A DNA stretch of 64,000 nucleotides from Terriglobia bacterium (GCA_965206645.1 CBDBKE010000004.1:1024001-1088000), one strand, 5' to 3'; shown: positions 28,930-40,871, counted from the first letter of the stretch. The notes: a model not told the origin generated them from the sequence alone. Program-made: numbers and translations.

Positions 28930-29847
28930 TCAAATTGCTTTCAGGAGTTGCTCGAATTCGTCTCTCTGGTATGCGTAGGCATACTCGTGTGCATGGTTGG
29001 CGAGCACCTTGTTGAACATGAGAACCCCTTTTTCGTTGGCAGTGTGATACGACACGCGGTCAACTGGCTGTCGTTCAGGGTTCATGCTGTCAGGGCGTCC
29101 GGCCTCAATGAGGATATTGGGCGTGAGGGAAAGAAGGTACCTCCGATCCATGAAGGTCACGGGAATGGGTCCTGTTCTAGGCGGAATCCACTCCGCAACT
29201 GGATTGTCAGACGTGATGAAGCGGTACGGTCCATCCGAGAGGATGATTCGCCACTTCTTCACCAGCAGGAGGTTGCGAAATCCATTGATTTCCTCCTCGC
29301 CGATGAAGTTGAGGTGTTGGGCGTTGTTGGTGGGAATGTCGTACTCATCTGACTCGATCAATCGTTCCACCTCCTCTATCTGTTCGTCCGGGATCTGGCG
29401 CCCCTCGGCCATGCTACGGATGTGGTCTTGAAATCCTGGGAGGCTAGCTAGCTGCTTGAGCATCCACTTCATTAATTCCGACTGCATCTTCTGCAACCGC
29501 GCCCGGAAGAAGCGCGTTCGAAGCCACTGAACGCTCATGAAATACGCGAGCTCATCCAAGTCACCGTTGGTTAGATGCTGGGCGACACCACGTTCGATGA
29601 CTCCTCGTAGAGCCTTCGCAGACACATCCTCGATCCGGCAGAACACATCTTCGAATGCTTGGCTGATTTCATCCTGAACGCCGTTCTCGGCGGCGTAGAA
29701 GAACTTCTCGTAGCACTCCTTCTTGCAGGAGCTGGGCCTTCCGATGCGCTTAGCCCGCACATCGAAGACCTGAATCTGCCCCTTTTTTGAAAACCGCTTG
29801 AGATAGAACTGTGGAACGAAGTGTTGGTTCTCAGTGATCTGTGTCAT
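28930..29847 (-). CDS. DUF4238 domain protein
   Basis: QHFVPQFYLKRF and FITSDNPV motifs. Confidence 0.85.
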   Translation of the reverse strand: MTQITENQHFVPQFYLKRFSKKGQIQVFDVRAKRIGRPSSCKKECYEKFFYAAENGVQDEISQAFEDVFCRIEDVSAKALRGVIERGVAQHLTNGDLDELAYFMSVQWLRTRFFRARLQKMQSELMKWMLKQLASLPGFQDHIRSMAEGRQIPDEQIEEVERLIESDEYDIPTNNAQHLNFIGEEEINGFRNLLLVKKWRIILSDGPYRFITSDNPVAEWIPPRTGPIPVTFMDRRYLLSLTPNILIEAGRPDSMNPERQPVDRVSYHTANEKGVLMFNKVLANHAHEYAYAYQRDEFEQLLKAI

Positions 29848-29897
29848 GCCGAGACTCCCTCCGCTTACGAGATATCAAGACTTGCAGGATGAGCATC

Positions 29898-30236
29898 GCA
29901 CCTTCGCGCTCCGTGCTCCGCAGCGGCTCTCGTGGAAGCAGTTGTACCGCCAGTTCGGCGCACACCCGGCCAAAGCCAGCCACCACCGCACCGTCCAAAA
30001 CTTCCGCAGCGAGGTGCTGCGCGAGTTGAAGAAGATCAAGCTGGCCTGGCCGGGCCTGAACTACGCCACGGCTCCGGGTGTCCTGATCCTGCATCCTTCA
30101 ACCCCCGTCATCGCCCCAGTGGATCAGCGTCAACTAGCAAGCTAGAACCGCAAAGCTCGCCCCTGACGGCCCCGCGAGTCGCGGGCGTTCGCCCGCCGCC
30201 GCGAGGTTTATCCACAGGTGCCAGTGATGCGGGGGA
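29898..30236 (+). repeat. direct repeat of the repA 3' end and downstream region
   Basis: near-identical to ~28520-28912, encodes LRELKKIKLAWPGL..PVDQRQLAS*. Confidence 0.85.
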
Positions 30237-30258
30237 GTTTTCCACGACCATTCGGATA

Positions 30259-30389
30259 GGTACTGTCAAGTTGAGCAGAATCTGCCCGTTTTGCGGAAGG
30301 ATTCTGCTGGATCAGAGACTGAGAATCAATGACTTAGCGGTGGCGGCGGGCGGCGAGAATGCCGCCAAACTGCTTAACTTGACAGTACC
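30259..30389 (+). mobile_element. MITE family A, copy 2
   Basis: matches 26622-26752; truncates a RelB/DinJ-like ORF (MAANQLVEARIDGAVK, 30438-30390 minus). Confidence 0.9.
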
Positions 30390-30578
30390 CTTGACAGCCC
30401 CGTCGATGCGGGCCTCGACGAGTTGATTTGCAGCCATGGTCGATTCTCCTTTGGTTGCATGAATGACATTATCATGCAAGATAGAAGGGAAGGCAAGGTG
30501 CCCGAGGCCGGTGAGGGAGTGTACGCTATTGGGGGTCACTCTTCCATCGGCCTCGAAAGGATTGCAGTCGGCCGGGGC

Positions 30579-31289
30579 TCACTTCTTGCGTCCTACCAGA
30601 AGGGTGTTTGGGCAATCCCGCCAGATACATTCAGCATGAAATTTGGCTTTGCGCATGGCAGCGAGTTCGTCGTCGAGTGGAAAGTAGGTGTCCTCCGCCG
30701 ACCACTCGGCGAAGTGCTCATAGGCGCGCTGTTCGTCGATGCCGCACGAAACCAGGTGGGCGGCCCATAGACGGTAGGACCGCGCGCGCGCCACCGGGTG
30801 TGCGCTGATGATCACGTCGGCGTTCACGAATACGCCGCCGGGGCGGAGCGCCCGGTAAATGCGTTCATATAGAGTGAGTTTGCGTTCCATGGTGGGGACG
30901 TGGTGCAGGGCCAGGGAAGTGGCCACGGCATCACATTCGGGGAGCAGAGCATCGAACGAACGGCGGCGGCAACGCGCGCGGGTTCCAAATCGCTTGAGCC
31001 GGATGCGCGCCTGGGCCAGCATCTCCGGATCTATGTCCACAGCTTCAACGGAACCGACGCATTCATGTTCCAGCACCGCTTCGGCCAAGGCACCCGTTCC
31101 CGCGCCGAGGTCAAGCACCAGGGTTGGGTGGGCACCGGCGATTTCGTTTGCGGCCCTGGTCAATCCTTCTTCGTAGCCTGGGATGAACTTGCGGATGGTA
31201 TCGTCGTAGGCATCAATCTCAAGGCGAAGATGACTGCGGACGGAGTGGCTCATAATTTGATCGTAGGCCGATGGTTCATAAACGCTCAC
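30579..31289 (-). CDS. class I SAM-dependent methyltransferase
   Basis: VLDLGAGTG, VDIDPEML, SLALHH, LRPGGVFVNAD. Confidence 0.9.
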   Translation of the reverse strand: MSVYEPSAYDQIMSHSVRSHLRLEIDAYDDTIRKFIPGYEEGLTRAANEIAGAHPTLVLDLGAGTGALAEAVLEHECVGSVEAVDIDPEMLAQARIRLKRFGTRARCRRRSFDALLPECDAVATSLALHHVPTMERKLTLYERIYRALRPGGVFVNADVIISAHPVARARSYRLWAAHLVSCGIDEQRAYEHFAEWSAEDTYFPLDDELAAMRKAKFHAECIWRDCPNTLLVGRKK

Positions 31290-31563
31290 GTGCAGAACTT
31301 CTTTGCATCATCAAGTGGCATTGGTGCATGAATCGGCATAAGCAAGCACGCTGGAAACGCTTGTGAAACTGCAGGTTGGCTTATTCCAGGCTTGTTCTGG
31401 CTTAACCTGGCCTATTCATAAACGCAGACTGAGCCGCCCGCAATTCATATTCAGCGTAATGTAAAGCAGGCTCTGTTCAACCATCAAAACGTGTCAGGCT
31501 CACTTGTGAAGGTTCGGAGAGCGGCGGGTACCGGCCCCGCCGCTCTCCGATGCCTGCCGCACA

Positions 31564-31812
31564 CTAGGACTCCGCCTCCGGCTGTTCTTCCTGCCGAAGC
31601 TCGAAGATGCGCGAGCGGGCCTGATCGGCCACTTTCGCCAGCACCAACAGGTCGTTGCGACCGAAGCTCTGCGTCCTCTTCCATGCATCGCCGTCCTTGT
31701 AGAGACGGGAGAATGTGACATTGTGCCTCGTTCGGCCTCCGGTTTCGTTCAACCAAACGGTAGCCTTGACGCGACCGATACGGACTTCAGCAACGGGTTT
31801 GGAGTTAGCCAT
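31564..31812 (-). CDS. small mobile-element hypothetical protein
   Basis: KPVAEVRIGRVKATVW..VTFSRLYKDG..SFGRNDLL; AGGAGG RBS. Confidence 0.7.
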   Translation of the reverse strand: MANSKPVAEVRIGRVKATVWLNETGGRTRHNVTFSRLYKDGDAWKRTQSFGRNDLLVLAKVADQARSRIFELRQEEQPEAES

Positions 31813-32422
31813 GATCTGTTTCCTCCTGTGAAGTTAAGGGTTTGTGAGCGTTTCCGCTCACCCCCGAATGGCGGAAACGGCCAAACCCTGACACGGGAGG
31901 AACAGCGCCACCGAAGCCGGTGACGGGCAGAGCCGACAAGGGCAACGGCGAGTGCCAGACGCCGGAAGGCGAGGGGACCCGTTCTGGCGCAAGCCGTGCG
32001 TCGGAACCAACCGGAACCGGTGAAGGCCAGCGGCAAATGGCGCAACCCCATACCCGTCTTCCGGTCGGAGGCGGCGAGCCCGATTGGGGAATTGCAACCG
32101 GGACGGGGCACCTGGAACCGGACGCGCCATGCTCCGGCGAATGGAACGCAGAGCGATGGGAATGGCAGGATAGATTCTTGCCAAACTGAACGGTGTGGGG
32201 CCACAAGCTTCATTTCAGCAGGAAGCCTCGCCAGGATAACACGCGCATCAGCGAGGGTCATCCTGCCCGCCGCTTGGGGAAGTAGGCCTCCCGAACAAGG
32301 CCGATAGTCCCCACACGGGGCCTAGTGTTTACCTATGGTCCAGCCTGGATGGCGTCGGGTGTCCCTTGATTCGGTCAGCGGCCTCGGACGACGGTCCAGG
32401 TAACACGGTCCAGGTAACGTAG

Positions 32423-32449
32423 AAAAGCGGCGGTCACAGACCGCCGTTT
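32423..32449 (-). terminator. intrinsic terminator after the rhodanese gene
   Basis: stem CGGCGGTC/GACCGCCG, 3-nt loop, followed by TTTT on the minus strand. Confidence 0.6.
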
Positions 32450-32474
32450 GTGACATGTCCCGACTGGGAATCTA

Positions 32475-32930
32475 CTACGGCTTCGGCCGGATCGATCCTT
32501 CCGCCGGCCGATCTACCTTCTCAACGACCTTCTGACCTTCTTTCTTCCAATCCCGAATGCCGCAAAACTGACCTGCTTTGTAGCCCGCTCTGACGAATTT
32601 CTCGGCAGCACGCGACGCGCGCCCCCCACCCTGTCAGTAGAAGACAAGCCGGATATTCTTGGGGATGTCCTTCATCCGCTTGTCCAGCTCGGCCACCGGG
32701 ATGTGGATGGCACCGGGGATCGCACCGTCCCTTTTCATTTCCCAGTCCTCGCGGACATCGATCAAGAGGAACTTCTCGCCGCTGTCGAGCTTCTTCTTCA
32801 GCTCCGAAATGGCAATGCGTTCCGTCTTCTTTTCCTGGGTCAATGCCACACGTGGTGCGAATGTCAGAGCTATAATAACCGTCGCGACCACAATGGCCAC
32901 CATTCTTCTGGCCATCTGCACCTCCCACAC
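32475..32930 (-). CDS. secreted rhodanese-domain protein with in-frame UGA at the catalytic position (candidate selenoprotein)
   Basis: LIDVRE..GAIPGAIHIP..LVFY-TGA-QGGGRASRAAEKFVRAGY..GIRDW; frame stays open to TAG at 32475. Confidence 0.75.
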
Positions 32931-33179
32931 GATTCTACACGATTCAGGATCATTCGCGTTCAGACGATCGAGGCCTCCTCACGGTAGACCACAATGCCAG
33001 CGCAGCCTACCACCGAGTCCCGCCCTGCCCCAGCGTCGGCGCTGGTCGCGTAACGTCGGTCTGGTTATCCAGGTCCACCGCCTGTCGGCCTTGTGGACAC
33101 TTGCACTGAATAGCGCAGCCTTAGCGCTTCTCGGCGACCAGATCTATACCGGCATCAGCACCATCGAATCCAGGTTTCA

Positions 33180-33373
33180 GGGCCGCCGGCATCCAGACCC
33201 GCATCGGCAACCACACCTTCCGCGCCACCGGCATCACCGCCTACCTCAAGAACCACGGCACCCTGGAAACGGCGCAGCACATCGCCAACCACGAGTTCCC
33301 CCGCACCACCATGCTCTACGACCGCCGCCAGGAGGAGATCTGGCTGGACGAAGTAGAGAGAATCGCCATTTAA
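33180..33373 (+). pseudogene. tyrosine recombinase C-terminal fragment
   Basis: GNHTFRATGITAYL..AQHIANHE..TTMLYDRR. Confidence 0.8.
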
Positions 33374-33604
33374 CCCTTTAGCCCGCATTCCCAATTTGAT
33401 TCAGACGTTCCGACCTTCCAGCGGCCTTCAGCACCAGAATAAACAGGAACCACAGAGAACTAAGCCGCCACAAAAGGAGATGGCTGCGCCCCCTCGTGCG
33501 GCGTTGCAGGGCCTGCCAAGTTGGGTATGCTAGTCTCTTTGATGCTTAAAGGATCCGGCCTGACCAGCCACTATTGACGCTCACTACCTACGGGACTCTT
33601 TTTC

Positions 33605-34343
33605 ATGTTTGAACAAGCCTTCAAAAATATCGATGATGTCCTGAGAAAAGAGGCCGGTTGCACCACGGAACTCGACTATACCGAGCAAACCTCCTGGCTA
33701 CTGTTCCTGAAGTATCTGGACGCGCTGGAACAGGACAAGGCGGATGAAGCCGCGCTGGAGGCCAAGAAGTACGCCTTTATCCTCGACAAGCGCTTTCGGT
33801 GGGAAAAGTGGGCCGCTCCCAAGGGCAAGGACGGCAAAATCAACCACAACAAGGTGATGGTGGGCGATGACCTCCGGGACTTCGTCAACGACAAGCTCTT
33901 TCCCTATCTGCACGGCTTCAAGCAGAAGGCCAGCGGGCCGAACACCATCGAATACAAGATTGGCGAGATTTTCGGAGAGATCAAGAACAAGGTTCAGAGC
34001 GGCTACAACCTCCGCGAGATTATCGAGCACATCGACGACCTGCACTTCCGCTCGCAGACCGAGAAGCACGAGCTAAGCCACCTCTACGAAGCCAAGATCA
34101 GGAACATGGGCAACGCCGGGCGGAACGGGGGAGAGTATTACACGCCGCGACCGCTGATTCGCGCCATCGTGCAGGTTGTGAAACCCAAGATCGGCAACCG
34201 CATTTATGACGGGGCGTGCGGTTCGGCGGGCTTCCTGTGCGAGTCGTTCAATTTCCTGAAATCAAAGGGCAATCTGACCACGAAGGACCTGACCACTCTT
34301 CAAAACCGCACATTCCACGGGAAGGAGAAGAAGTCGCTGGCCT
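33605..34343 (+). pseudogene. hsdM: type I RM methyltransferase, 3'-truncated by IS3
   Basis: LLFLKYLD, GEYYTPRPLI, IYDGACGSAGFL; stops before the NPPF motif at the IS end. Confidence 0.9.
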
Positions 34344-35623
34344 TGACCTGCCGGCTTTCTTCGGACCACCGATTACTGGAGAACAGCGCCAGTCGGCATG
34401 GTTAAGTCGCTCTCGTGTTCTTCTTGGTCAGCGTGAGCCGGCATCGCCGGCGAGCGCCCACCGTCATCCGAGCCAGCACGGAGCTGCGCTTTGAACTCGG
34501 CTGGCGTCAGATAGCCAAGGCTCGAGTGCGGTCGCACGTCGTTGTAGTGCCGTCGCCATTGCTCGATCCCCACCTTCGCGTCCACGCGGTTCCGAAACCA
34601 CTGCAGGCTCAGATACTCGTCGCGGAACTTCCCGTTGAACGATTCGTCGGTCGCATTCTGCCACGGCTTGCCCGGCTCGATGAGCGCGGTTTCGATCTGC
34701 GCCTGGAGCAGCCACCGGAGAATCGCACCCGCGACAAACTCGGGGCCGTTGTCGGACCGGAGGTAACGTGGGGCTCCGTGGACGCTCACGAGCTGCGTGA
34801 GCACCTCGATAACGCGCCCGGACCGAATGCCGCCGGCCACGTCGATCGCGAGTGACTCGCGGGTCCATTCGTCGACGACGGTGAGGCACTTGAGCGTCTG
34901 CCCATTCGCGCAGGTGTCGAACACGAAGTCGTACGCCCAGACGTGATTGACCGCAGTGGCGGGCACCGGGCGGGGCCGGCTCAGGGCGACCCGGCGCCGC
35001 GGCCGCCGCCGAGGCACCTGCAACCCCGCCTGGCGCCAGAGGCGATGGGTCCGGTCCGTGCTCATCGTGTGCCCTTCGCGTTTTAGGAAAATCCGAATCC
35101 GGCGATAGCCGTACCGCGGATACTGCGCCGCCAGACGACGCATCGCGGCCAGCGCCGGGGCATCCCGGTCGACCAGCCGCGACTGGTAGCCCAGCGTGGA
35201 CCGTGCGACGGAGAGCAAGGCGCACGCGCGGCGACCCGACAGACCGCGTGCACGTGCATACGCGACCTGCGGCCGGCGCACGCGTGCGCCTACCATTTTT
35301 TTCGGGTGATCTCCTTGAGCACGTCGATCTCCAGATCTCGATCGGCCACCATCTTTTTCAGCCGGCCGTTCTCCTGCTCGAGCTGCCGCAGCCGCTTCAC
35401 ATCGGCGGGCTCCAACGTGCCGAAGTGTTTCCGCCAGGCGTAGAGCGTCTGGGCGCTGACGCCGTTCTTTTTGGCCACCTCCGGAACGGGCCGCTGATCG
35501 GCCTCGCGGAGGATCGTCACCATCTGCTCTTCGGTAAACCGGGTCTTCTTCATGGCTCCCTCGTTTCTCCGAGGGCGCCATTCTCTCAGGCTTCAGCTGG
35601 TCCGGAAATCGCCAGGCAGGTCA
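34344..35623 (-). mobile_element. second IS3-family element
   Basis: TGACCTGCC..GGCAGGTCA IRs; orfA 35290-35553, orfB to 34373; A7 slippery site; no TSD. Confidence 0.92.
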
Positions 35624-36518
35624 AATCGACCTGAAGAATCTTTCGGTGCGTTTCCTTTTCTGGTGGCTCATAAGTATTAAGGACTCAATTGTGGCCGAAG
35701 GCACAGGAGCGACGGTTCAGGGAGTAAAACTTCCCTTCGTAAGGTCTCGCCAAACACCTGTCCCCCCGCTCCCCGAACAGAAGCGGATTGTCGGCATTCT
35801 GCACGAGGCGTTTGAGGCTATCGCCACCGCCAAAGCCAACGCTGAAAAGAACCTCCAAAACGCCCGCGCCGTCTTCGAGAGCTACCTGAATGCCGTCTTC
35901 ACCCAGCGCGGTGAGGGTTGGGTGGAGAAGCGACTGGGAGAACTTGCAGACTTCCGAAACGGAATCAATTACACCAAAGACAGTAAAGGTGAGCGTGTGA
36001 ACATCGTCGGCGTAAAGGATTTTCAGAAAAGCTACTGGGTGCCGTGGCAAAACCTTGATTCGGTCAGGATTGACGGCACACTCTGCGACATAGATTTCCT
36101 GAGGCGTGGCGACATTCTAGCGGTCCGCTCAAACGGGAACCTCGAACTCATCGGTAGATGCATTCTGGCAGGGGAAGTCCCTGAGAAACTTTCCCACTCT
36201 GGTTTCACAATTCGCATCAGACTTTCAACCGGCGAAGTGCTGCCTGAATACTTGTGCCATTTTATGAAGTCCACCAATTCGAGAAAGCGACTCATCGATG
36301 GTGGTACCGGTACGAACATCAAGAGTTTGAATCAGCAGACACTTTCCGCATTGCGCGTTCCGTTCCCCATAGCGACAGAGCAGGAGACTCTAGTTGCCAG
36401 ACTCAAATCCATTTCTGAAGAAACCCAGCGCCTCGAATCCATCTACCAGCAAAAGCTCAGCACGCTGGAGGAGTTGAAAAAGTCGCTGCTGCACCAAGCA
36501 TTCGCCGAGGAACTGTAG
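35624..36518 (+). pseudogene. hsdS: type I RM specificity subunit, 5'-truncated
   Basis: PPLPEQKRIV, SYLNAVF, WVEKRLGEL, KSLLHQAF. Confidence 0.88.
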
Positions 36519-36527
36519 AGCCATCGC

Positions 36528-38923
36528 ATGAACGAAGCCGAAACCAGAGCCGAGCATATCGATCCTGCCCTCAAGGCGGCGGGCTGGGGTGTGGATGAGG
36601 GCAGCCGCATCCTGCGCGAGTATCACATCACGCTGGGCCGCATCGAAGGCCACGGGAAGCGGGCCAAGCCGGACATAGCCGACTACGTCCTGGTGTACCG
36701 CAACCACAAGCTGGCAGTGGTGGAGGCCAAGGCATGGGACAAACCTTTGACCGAAGGGGTTGGGCAGGCGAAGAGCTACGCCGGGAAGCTCGCCATCCGC
36801 AATACCTATTCACCAACGGCCAGGTCATCTACGGCATCGACATGAAGGAGGGGACGGAGGGCGAAGTTGCTCAATTCCCTTCCCCCGAAGAACTGTGGAA
36901 GCTGACCTTCGCCGAAGCAAACGCCTGGCGGGACCGCTTCGCCACGGTCCCTTTTGAGGACAGGGGCGGATTCTTCCAGGCACGCTATTATCAGGACCTG
37001 GCAATCGAACGGGCGATGGAGGCAATCGCCGCCGAGAAAGATCGCATCCTGCTCACACTGGCGACGGGCACGGGCAAGACGTTCATCGCCTTTCAGATCG
37101 CCTGGAAGCTCTTTTACAGCCGCTGGAATCTGACCCGAGAGGGATTGCGCCGTCCGCGCATACTGTTCCTGGCGGACCGCAATATCCTGGCCGACCAAGC
37201 CTACAACGCCTTCTCCGCATTTCCCGAAGACGCGATGGCCCGAATGTCGCCGGGAGAAATCCGCAAGAAAGGCAAGGTCCCGAAGAACGCCAGCCTATTC
37301 TTCACCATCTTCCAGACGTTCATGAGCGGCCCGCCCAAGGACGGCCAGCCCTCGCCCTATTTCGGCGATTATCCCCCGGACTTCTTCGACTTCATCGTGA
37401 TCGACGAGTGCCATCGCGGCGGAGCGAATGACGAGAGCAACTGGCGCGGCATCCTGAAATACTTCAGCCCCGCCGTGCAGCTCGGCCTGACCGCCACGCC
37501 GAAGCGCCAGGACAACGTGGATACCTACGCCTACTTCGGCGGGCCGGTGTATGTCTATTCGCTGAAGGACGGCATCAACGATGGCTTCCTGACGCCCTTC
37601 AAGGTCAAGCAGATTTCCACCACGCTGGATGATTATGTCTATACGCCCGATGACGAGTTGATCGAGGGCGAGATTGAAGCCGGGAAACGCTACACGGAAG
37701 ACGACTTCAACAAGATCATCGAGATCAGGGAACGTGAAAAGCTTCGGGTAAAGTTGTTCATGGAGCAGATCAACCAGAGCGAGAAGACGCTGGTCTTCTG
37801 CGCCACGCAGAACCACGCGCTGGCCGTGCGCGACCTCGTCAACCAGATGAAGGCCAGCAACGACCCCAATTACTGCCAGAGAGTGACGGCCAACGACGGC
37901 AGCTTGGGCGAACTGCACCTGCGGTCCTTTCAGGACAACGAGAAGAGCATTCCCACCATCCTGACCACTTCACAAAAACTTTCGACCGGCGTGGATGCGC
38001 GAAATATCCGCAACATCGTGCTGATGCGCCCGATCAACTCGATGATCGAGTTCAAACAAATTATTGGGCGCGGCACGCGGCTGTATGACGGGAAGGATTA
38101 CTTCACGATCTACGATTTTGTGAAGGCGCACCACCACTTCAACGATCCCGAATGGGATGGCGAGCCGCTGGAACCGGAACCGTGTCCGAAGTGCAATTGC
38201 CAGCCTTGCCAGTGCGAAAAACCACCGCAAGAGCCTTGTCCTGATTGCGGCAAGCGGCCCTGCGAATGCGAACGGGAGCCTTGCCCCAAATGCGGCCAGC
38301 GTCCTTGCGTCTGCAAGAAAAAAGCCAAGGTGAAACTGGCGGACGGCAAAGAGCGCACCATTCAGCACATGATGGCAACCAGCTTCTGGCATCCCGACGG
38401 AACGCCCATGCACGCGCAACAGTTCCTGGAGGCACTGTTCGGCAAGCTGCCGGAGTTCTTCAAAAATGAGGCCGAACTGCGCGCCCTCTGGAGCGCTCCC
38501 GATACGAGAGCCAAGCTGTTAGAGGGGCTGGCTGAGAAAGGCTTCGGCAGGGAGCAGATGGCCGAGATGCAACGGATTATCGACGCCGAGAAGAGCGATC
38601 TTTTCGACGTTCTGGCGAATGTCGCCTACGCCCTGCCACCGCTCACTCGCGAGGAGCGGGCCACCCGAGCTAAAGTAGCGATTCATGCCCACTTCAACAG
38701 CAAGCAGCAAGCGTTCCTGGAGTTTGTACTCGCTCAGTACGTGAAAGTTGGCGTGCAGGAATTGGATCAGCAGAAGTTGTCACCCTTGCTGAAGCTCAGA
38801 TACAACAACGCCATCGCCGACGCGGTGGCAGACTTGGGCAGGCCGGAAGAGATCGGACAGGTTTTCTCCGGGTTCCAGAAATACCTTTACCAGCCAAGCG
38901 TGATAAATCAACCCTATGCTTAG
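36528..38923 (+). pseudogene. hsdR: type I RM restriction subunit (EcoEI/EcoAI-like), frameshift near 36810
   Basis: NEAETR..IDP, ADYVL..VEAK in one frame; RYYQ, LATGTGKT, DECHRG, GLTATP, KQIIGRGTR in another. Confidence 0.9.
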
Positions 38924-39339
38924 AACTAAAGCCGAGCAAGCCGCCATCTGCCGCCCCATCCGGGGCTTTTGTTTGACCTGCCCCCGTTTGTTAGATGGAT
39001 AACAGCCTTGCAGGAGCACGGTTAACCGCTCGACAAACAGGAGAAGGCGAGGCAGACGGTGCTCGAACCAACGGAGGTGCTGTCTGCCGGTTGGGTGACT
39101 TGACCCCGGATCAATGGACGCAGTCGGCGCGTATTGGAATGGCTTGATGCTTACCCGCCGACGCTCAATCGGCAACACGACACCAGCCGTTGTAAAGAGG
39201 CTGACCTTACGGGACGGAGCAACGGCCTGGATACCTCCCGTCATTCACCGATCTGACTGTAGCCGAAATTGTATATGTGTGAAGTTGGTCACTTTTCAAG
39301 TTGCTTTATTTCAATAACTTAACTTGCCATTCGATATAC

Positions 39340-39695
39340 GGAGCTATGACTTCCTCAGCGCCCGGACTCATGATGGAAGGCTGCTGCGGATACTCCCGCT
39401 GATCGACGAGTATACGCGGGAATGCCTGGCACTACGGGTAGCACGGAGGCTGAACTCGCAGGATATGATCGAGACGCTGTCGGATGTGATGCTGTGGCGG
39501 GGGATTCCGGAGCATATCCGTTCCGACAATGGACCGGAGTTTGTTGCCCGGCAGTTGAGGGAGTGGCTCCGGGGACTGGGAACCAGGCCGCTGTATATCG
39601 AGCCTGGCAGTCCGTGGGAGAACGGGTACTGCGAGAGCTGTAATGGGAAGTTGAGGTAGGAATGCCTGAATGGGGAGATCTTCTACTCGTTGCAG
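39340..39695 (+). pseudogene. IS3 orfB fragment
   Basis: SYDF..RSDNGPEF..WENGYCES, followed by a premature stop. Confidence 0.8.
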
Positions 39696-40106
39696 GGCTG
39701 CCTACCACATCGGTGTTCCCCTGTCGCTCTGGGATGGCTTGCTTGAGGTGTGCGAGTGGGCATTACTGCAGGACGACTGGAAAGACCTCTCCGCCGGTGC
39801 CTGCTCTTGCCTGCCGTCCCTCGATGTTGGCGCCGTGGACGTGTCCTTATCAGTTGCTTGCCAGGACGCGTCCCACCGCTTTTTTTACCGCTTCGCCATC
39901 TCGTCTCGACAACGACTGTCAAGGGCGGAGTAAAACTAGACCACTCCGGCGGAGAGAAAGCAGACCAGTTCAGGGGTGGTGGAAGCTTTGATTTGAGAGG
40001 GAGTTGCGGGGGCGGTTGGAGCGGAGGCCTGCGACGCCCGCAGGGCGGCGCGGTTAGGCCGGAGTGGAAGCCGCCCTCGCAACTCGTCGCCCAGTATTGG
40101 GTGAGA

Positions 40107-40871
40107 TCAGGCGCGAGGCTTTCCGGAACGCCTTCGTTTGCTGTCCTTGAGCCGGTAACTTTCCCCGTTCATCTCCAGGATGTGGACATGGTGGGTGAGA
40201 CGATCCAGCAGGGCTCCGGTCAGCCGCTCCGATCCGAAGGCCTCCGTCCATTCGTTGAACGGCAGGTTGCTGGTCACCACGGTGGCGCTGCGTTCGTAGC
40301 GCCGGCTGAAGACCTCAAACAGCAACTCCGCCCCAGTCTTGGATAGCGGCACGAAACCCAGCTCGTCAATGATCAACAGCTCGAAACTGGAGAGCATCTT
40401 CTGGAACCGCATCAGGCGCCGCTCGTCCTTGGCCTCGATCAGCTCATGCGCCAGGGAGGCCGCCGTAGTGAACCGGACCCGGAACCCTTTCTGACAGGCG
40501 GCCAGTCCCAGCGCCAACGCAATGTGGGTTTTTCCCGTGCCCGAGTTCCCTAAAGCCAGGATGTTCTCCTTGCGTTCGATGAACTCGCCTCGGGCCAGCT
40601 CGAGCACCAAGGCCTTATTCAGCGACGGAAGGGCCAGGAAATCGAAACTGTCGAGGCTCTTCACCACGTCGAACCTGGCTTGGTGAATGCGCCGCTCGGT
40701 GGCGCGCCGTTCCCGGTCCAGCAGCTCCAGCTCCGTCAACCGCAGCAGGTAGCGCGGGAAGTCCACGCCCTCGGCAGCGCACTGCTGCGCCACCTTGTCG
40801 TACTCACGCAAAAAGGTGGGTAATTGCAGGGCCTTCAGATGGTGTTCCAGCAACACCTGGGGCGTGTCCAT
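40107..40871 (-). CDS. istB: IS21 helper ATPase
   Basis: GNSGTGKT, LLIIDELG, TSNLPF, LLDRLTHH. Confidence 0.95.
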   Translation of the reverse strand: MDTPQVLLEHHLKALQLPTFLREYDKVAQQCAAEGVDFPRYLLRLTELELLDRERRATERRIHQARFDVVKSLDSFDFLALPSLNKALVLELARGEFIERKENILALGNSGTGKTHIALALGLAACQKGFRVRFTTAASLAHELIEAKDERRLMRFQKMLSSFELLIIDELGFVPLSKTGAELLFEVFSRRYERSATVVTSNLPFNEWTEAFGSERLTGALLDRLTHHVHILEMNGESYRLKDSKRRRSGKPRA

